Assembly (NCBI GenBank): GCA_965644315.1
Contig: CBFFRQ010000213.1
Span: 1 to 41,713 of the forward strand
From: Caecitellus pseudoparvulus
Lineage: Eukaryota; Protista; Bigyra: Bicosoecida
Length of the DNA stretch: 41,713 nucleotides
Direction: 5' to 3'
The translations under genes were made by a program, and so were the position numbers. Position 1 is the stretch's first letter, and each line of letters opens with the position of its first letter. Under the pieces are notes generated by a model. The model made no database searches. It worked only from the letters and a program-made list of their open reading frames with translations, and was not told the DNA's origin. Of this stretch, positions 37,023 through 41,713 are shown piece after piece.

Positions 37023-38219
37023 TTAACGATCTACTTCACCAAATACAATATCTTGTGTACCAATAACAGTAACTAAATCAGCTAACATATGTCCTTTTGT
37101 CATTTTATCTAAACCTTGTAAATGTGCAAAACCAGGTGCTTTTATTTTACATCTATATGGTTTATTAGTACCATCAGAAATTAAAAAAACACCAAATTCT
37201 CCTTTTGGAGCTTCGGTTGCTACATAAACTTTATTTTTTTTAACTTTAAAACCTTCAGTATAATATTTAAAATGATGTATTAAAGCTTCCATTGAATTTT
37301 TCATTTCATTACGACTTGGAGGATTAAATTTATAATCATCACTTTTTATTAAACCTTCTGGCATATGATTTAAACAGAAATTTATAATGCGTAAACTTTC
37401 GCGCATTTCATTTATACGTACTAAGTAACGATCATAACAATCACCATTTTTACCAATACATACATTAAAAGGTATTTTATTATAAACTTCATAAGGTTGA
37501 GTTTTTCGTAAATCTCATTTAATACCAGAACCTCTCAAAAGAACTCCACTAAAACCTCAATTTTCAGCTGCTGAAGCAGTAACTACACCTATATGAACCA
37601 AACGTTGTTTTCAAATACGATTATTTGTTAATAATTCTTCTAACTCGTCAATACGATCTTTGAAACGTTCAATAAAAACTGAAATATCTTCTAATAAACC
37701 AAAAGGTAAATCAGAATGAACACCTCCAGGGCGGAAATAACTTGCATGCATTCTAGCTCCAGAAACACGTTCATAAAATTCCATTAAACGTTCACGTTCT
37801 TCAAAACTTCATAATAATGGAGTCATGGCACCCACATCAATAGCATGACAAGCTACAGCTAATAAATGATTTAATAAACGTGTTAATTCACAAAATAAAA
37901 CACGAATATATTGTGCTCTTAAAGGTATTTTGATATCAGTTAATTTTTCCACAGCTAATGAATATGAATGTTCTTGATTCATCATTGAAACGTAATCTAA
38001 ACGATCAAAATATGGTAATGCTTGTAAATAATTTTTATGTTCAATTAATTTTTCAGTACCTCTATGTAATAAACCTATATGAGGATCAGCTTTTATAATA
38101 GCTTCTCCTGATAATTGTAAAATTAAACGTAAAACCCCGTGGGCTGCAGGGTGTTGTGGACCAAAATTTATACTAAAAACTTTTAAGTTTGATGCATTTG
38201 TATGTTTGCGTACTAACAT
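37023..38219 (-). CDS. nad7: NADH dehydrogenase subunit 7 (398 aa)
   Basis: [29 protein letters not shown] and DIVFGEVDR motifs. Confidence 0.98.
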
Positions 38220-38231
38220 TTTTGTTTTTTA

Positions 38232-38304
38232 TAACGAAAGCCAGATTTGAACTGGCATCAGACAGAACATGAAACTGCTATTTTACCGATTAAACTATTT
38301 CGTC
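38232..38304 (-). tRNA. trnM: tRNA-Met (CAU), probable elongator
   Basis: Cloverleaf, anticodon CAT, U31:U39 mismatch. Confidence 0.85.
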
Positions 38305-38348
38305 AAAATAATATATTTTTTTGTGCTAAAATAGACACTTTTTTTTTA

Positions 38349-39452
38349 TTAATGACCTACAAAAATATCACTTAAATATAAATAAGTTAAAATTACAAAT
38401 ATATAAGTTTGAATAAATGCAATTGCAGTTTCTAATACAGTAAATATAAATAAAACTACAAAAGGTATATAATGCATTAAAACATAAATATCACCTAATA
38501 ATAAACTACTTCATCCAAAACCTGCTACAACTTTCATTAAAGTATGTCCAGCCATAATATTAGCAAATAGACGAGTAGCTATACTTACAACTCTAAAAAT
38601 ATATGAAATAATTTCAATAGGATTTAAAATTAATACTAAAATTAATGGACAACCTGCTGGATAAAATAAACTAAAAAAATATAAAACACCTTTTTCAGTA
38701 ATTATAGTTAAAATAATATTTATAAATACAGCTAATGCAATATAAAAAGTATTTACAAAACTACTAGTAATAGTAGTTGAATAAGGTACCATACCTTGTA
38801 CATTTGAAATTAAAATAAATAATAATAACCCGTGAGTTTTTATAAAAAATTCTTGATATTTTTTAACATCATGATTATTTTTTAAATCTAAAACACTAGC
38901 AAATAAATTTAAATTAGCTTTATACATATATTCATCTAAAATTTCAATTAAAGTACGAGGTATTAATAAAGTATCAGTAAAATTTCAATTTGATAACATT
39001 CAAACAAATAAAAATAATGAAATAAAACTTACACTTTCTTTAATAAAAAAAATATTGATAAAACCGCTTTGATATGAAACTGCGTTTAAATCAAAACTAC
39101 CATCTAAAGTTTTAAAGATTTCATAATAATAAAAACTTTGAATACCAAAAATATGAAAAATTAATTGAGTTAATACTACAAAAGCAAAAACTACTACAAA
39201 ACTATAAAAATTTTCATTAGTTTTTTCATTATTTAAGATATAAAAATAAACAGTTAAAATTAAAGCAAGTAATAAATATGAAATAAAAAATTGACCTTGA
39301 GATCAAAAATGAGGTATAAAAAATGAATTAGTATCATTTAAAGTATCAAAAAAACTTCCTCCTAAATTAAAATTTTCATTAGGAAGAGAAACAGTAGCTA
39401 TATTATAGTCATAAGCAAAACTTTTAAAACCTTCTAATGGATTAAATAACAT
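38349..39452 (-). CDS. atp6: ATP synthase subunit 6 (a) with ~110 aa N-proximal insertion (367 aa)
   Basis: N-terminal NPLEGF (cf. SPLEQF), RLFANIMAGH and LETAIAFIQTYIF motifs. Confidence 0.95.
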
Positions 39453-39467
39453 TAGATTATTAATTTA

Positions 39468-41225
39468 TTAAAATTTAGTATAACTACGTATATCTAGAAT
39501 GTCACGACAAACTAAATATTTAAAAGTATTATCAATTGCTCCAGTTTCTTGTAAATATTGATTACTTTTAATTTTACCTTCTTCTTTTTTTTTTAAATGT
39601 TCATTTACTATTTCTTTTAATGAAGAAATTTGTTCAAGTTCTAATAAATCTAAAACACCTGAAATTCCTAAATAAACAAAAATAATTTGAGTTGAAATAT
39701 CTAATGGAACATATTGTCCTTGTTTTAATAATTCAATTAAACGTGCACCACGATTTAATTGACGTTTGGTTTCAGCATCTAAACTTGCACCAAATTTAGA
39801 AAATTCAACAACTTCACGGTATTGTGCTAATTCTAATTTTAAAGTACCTGCAATTTGTTTCATAGGTTTATATTGTGCTGCAGAACCAACACGACTTACA
39901 GATAAACCTACATTAATTGCTGGACGTACACCTTGATTAAATAATTCTGATTCTAAGAAAATTTGTCCATCAGTAATTGAAATTACATTAGTAGGAATAT
40001 ATGCTGAAACATCATTAGCCATAGTTTCAATAATAGGTAATGCAGTTAAAGAACCACCACCTACATTATCAGATAATTGAGCAGCTCTTTCTAATAAACG
40101 TGAATGTAAATAAAATACATCACCAGGATAAGCTTCACGACCTGGAGGACGACGTAATAATAAAGACATTTGACGATAAGCTACAGCTTGTTTAGATAAA
40201 TCATCATAAATAATTACTGCGTTTTCACCATTATCACGGAAAAATTCACCTATAGTACAACCTGAGTAAGGTGCTAAAAATTGAATAGGTGCAGTATCTG
40301 ATGAAATAGAACTAATAATTATACTATAATTTAATGGTCTAAAAAAAATACTACGTTCTTTATCAAGAAAACGTTCAAATAAATTACGAGGTTTTGCTAA
40401 TACTTTTGATAAACGAGCTATAGTAGATTGTTTTTGACCAATACCTACATAAATAGAATAACAAGGTTTAGCTGATAATAATTTATTAGTTTGAGTTTTT
40501 TTACTTAAAGTTATATTACGTAATAACTCATTAATAAATGATTGATTAATAATTAAATCAACAGCAATTGCAGTTTTACCAGTTTGACGATCACCAATAA
40601 TAAGTTCACGTTGTCCTAAACCAATAGGAATCATACTATCAATAGCATTTAAACCAGTTAATAAAGGTTTGTTTACTGATTTACGTACAATAATACCTGG
40701 TGCAATTAATTCTACTGGACGTCTATAACCTGCGATTTGAGGTCCTAAAAAATAATTACGTAATTTTGAATCTACAGGACTTTCAGTACTTATAGCTTTA
40801 TTTGGATTATCAATAGGTTGACCTAAAGGGTTAATAATACGTCCTAATAAACCTATAGAAACATATAAACTAACAACATTTCCACGACCAATTAAACGAT
40901 CATTAACTTTAACTAAACGTTCATTACCTAAAACAACTACAGAAGTATAGCTTGAACTAACACCAACAACCATACCATCTACGAAATTTCAAGGTTTATC
41001 ACTAGTTTGTTTATATTTTTTTAAACGAGTTACTGAAGGAATAAATAAAACAAGTTCCCCAAAAGTTACATTACGTAAATTTACTACGAATGCAACACCA
41101 TCTTTAACTCTTATAACTTTACCAAAATGCTTTGCATTAAAAATTAATTTTTTAATTTCAGGTTGAGTACAAAATTCTCTTTTGTTAATATTATTTAACG
41201 AATTAATTATAGATAAATTTTTCAT
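39468..41225 (-). CDS. atp1: ATP synthase F1 subunit alpha (585 aa)
   Basis: Walker A GDRQTGKT and [26 protein letters not shown]; the two track ORFs are joined by TGA=Trp. Confidence 0.98.
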
Positions 41226-41243
41226 AATTTAAATAAATTTAAA

Positions 41244-41317
41244 CAGGAAAAAAGGGATTTGAACCCTTACTCTTTAGTTTTGAAGACTACTGCTTTACCA
41301 AATTAAGCTATTCTCCT
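41244..41317 (-). tRNA. trnW: tRNA-Trp (UCA)
   Basis: Cloverleaf with anticodon TCA, consistent with UGA=Trp. Confidence 0.95.
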
Positions 41318-41713
41318 TATTTTTTTAAAATTTTATAAATTTTTTTTAATAATATCAATTTAAAAATTTTTTGTTCTAAATAAATACTATTAATAACACT
41401 TAACTCAATTAATGTTAATATAAATTCAATTGAATAAATGGACTTAGTATTACCTAAAACATAATATAAAAAATTATCTGAATTTGAAATATTATCAGTA
41501 TAACTTATTATAGGTAAATTTAATTTTAAACTTTCTTTTAATCCTTTTTTATTAATATCAAAAAATAATAATAAATCAGGAACTGATGGATTTGATAATC
41601 TGTATTTAAAATTATTTAAAATATTTTTAATTTTTAATTGTTTATTAGTTAATTTAGTAGTATTATAATTTAATTTATTAATTAATTCATAAACAATTTT
41701 TCAATTTGAAATT
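41317..41713 (-). CDS. rps2: ribosomal protein S2, 3' part
   Basis: ISNW, PDLLL, E...LNLPII..D and GN..S motifs; TAA at 41317-41319. Confidence 0.88.

Overview
This window is a complete circular mitochondrial genome (41,713 bp, roughly 80% A+T by eye) of a heterotrophic protist. It uses genetic code 4: TGA encodes Trp, and trnW has a UCA anticodon. The supplied ORF track is fragmented only because it treats TGA as a stop. The two window ends join in frame inside rps2 (...WYNGL|ISNW...). Re-translated with code 4 it encodes nad1-7, nad4L, nad9, a split nad11 (a and b), cob, cox1-3, atp1/6/8/9, rps2/3/4/7/8/10/12/13/14/19, rpl2/5/6/14/16, probable rpl10 and rpl31, a possible divergent tatC, one unidentified membrane ORF (270 aa), rnl, rns, a candidate divergent 5S rRNA and 24 tRNAs. 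trnT and trnG(ucc) were not found, and no introns were seen. One block of about 8.5 kb (roughly 2.4-10.9 kb) lies on the + strand and the rest on the - strand. The most striking feature is a 1361-aa uninterrupted Nad2 with an Asn/acidic insertion of about 630 aa. Nad1, Atp6 and Cox2 are also expanded, and all these expansions are inferred to face the intermembrane-space/crista-lumen side. Rps3 and Rps4 carry large basic insertions. Lineage cannot be fixed from sequence alone; a stramenopile-like (e.g. bicosoecid) or cercozoan affinity is a guess only.
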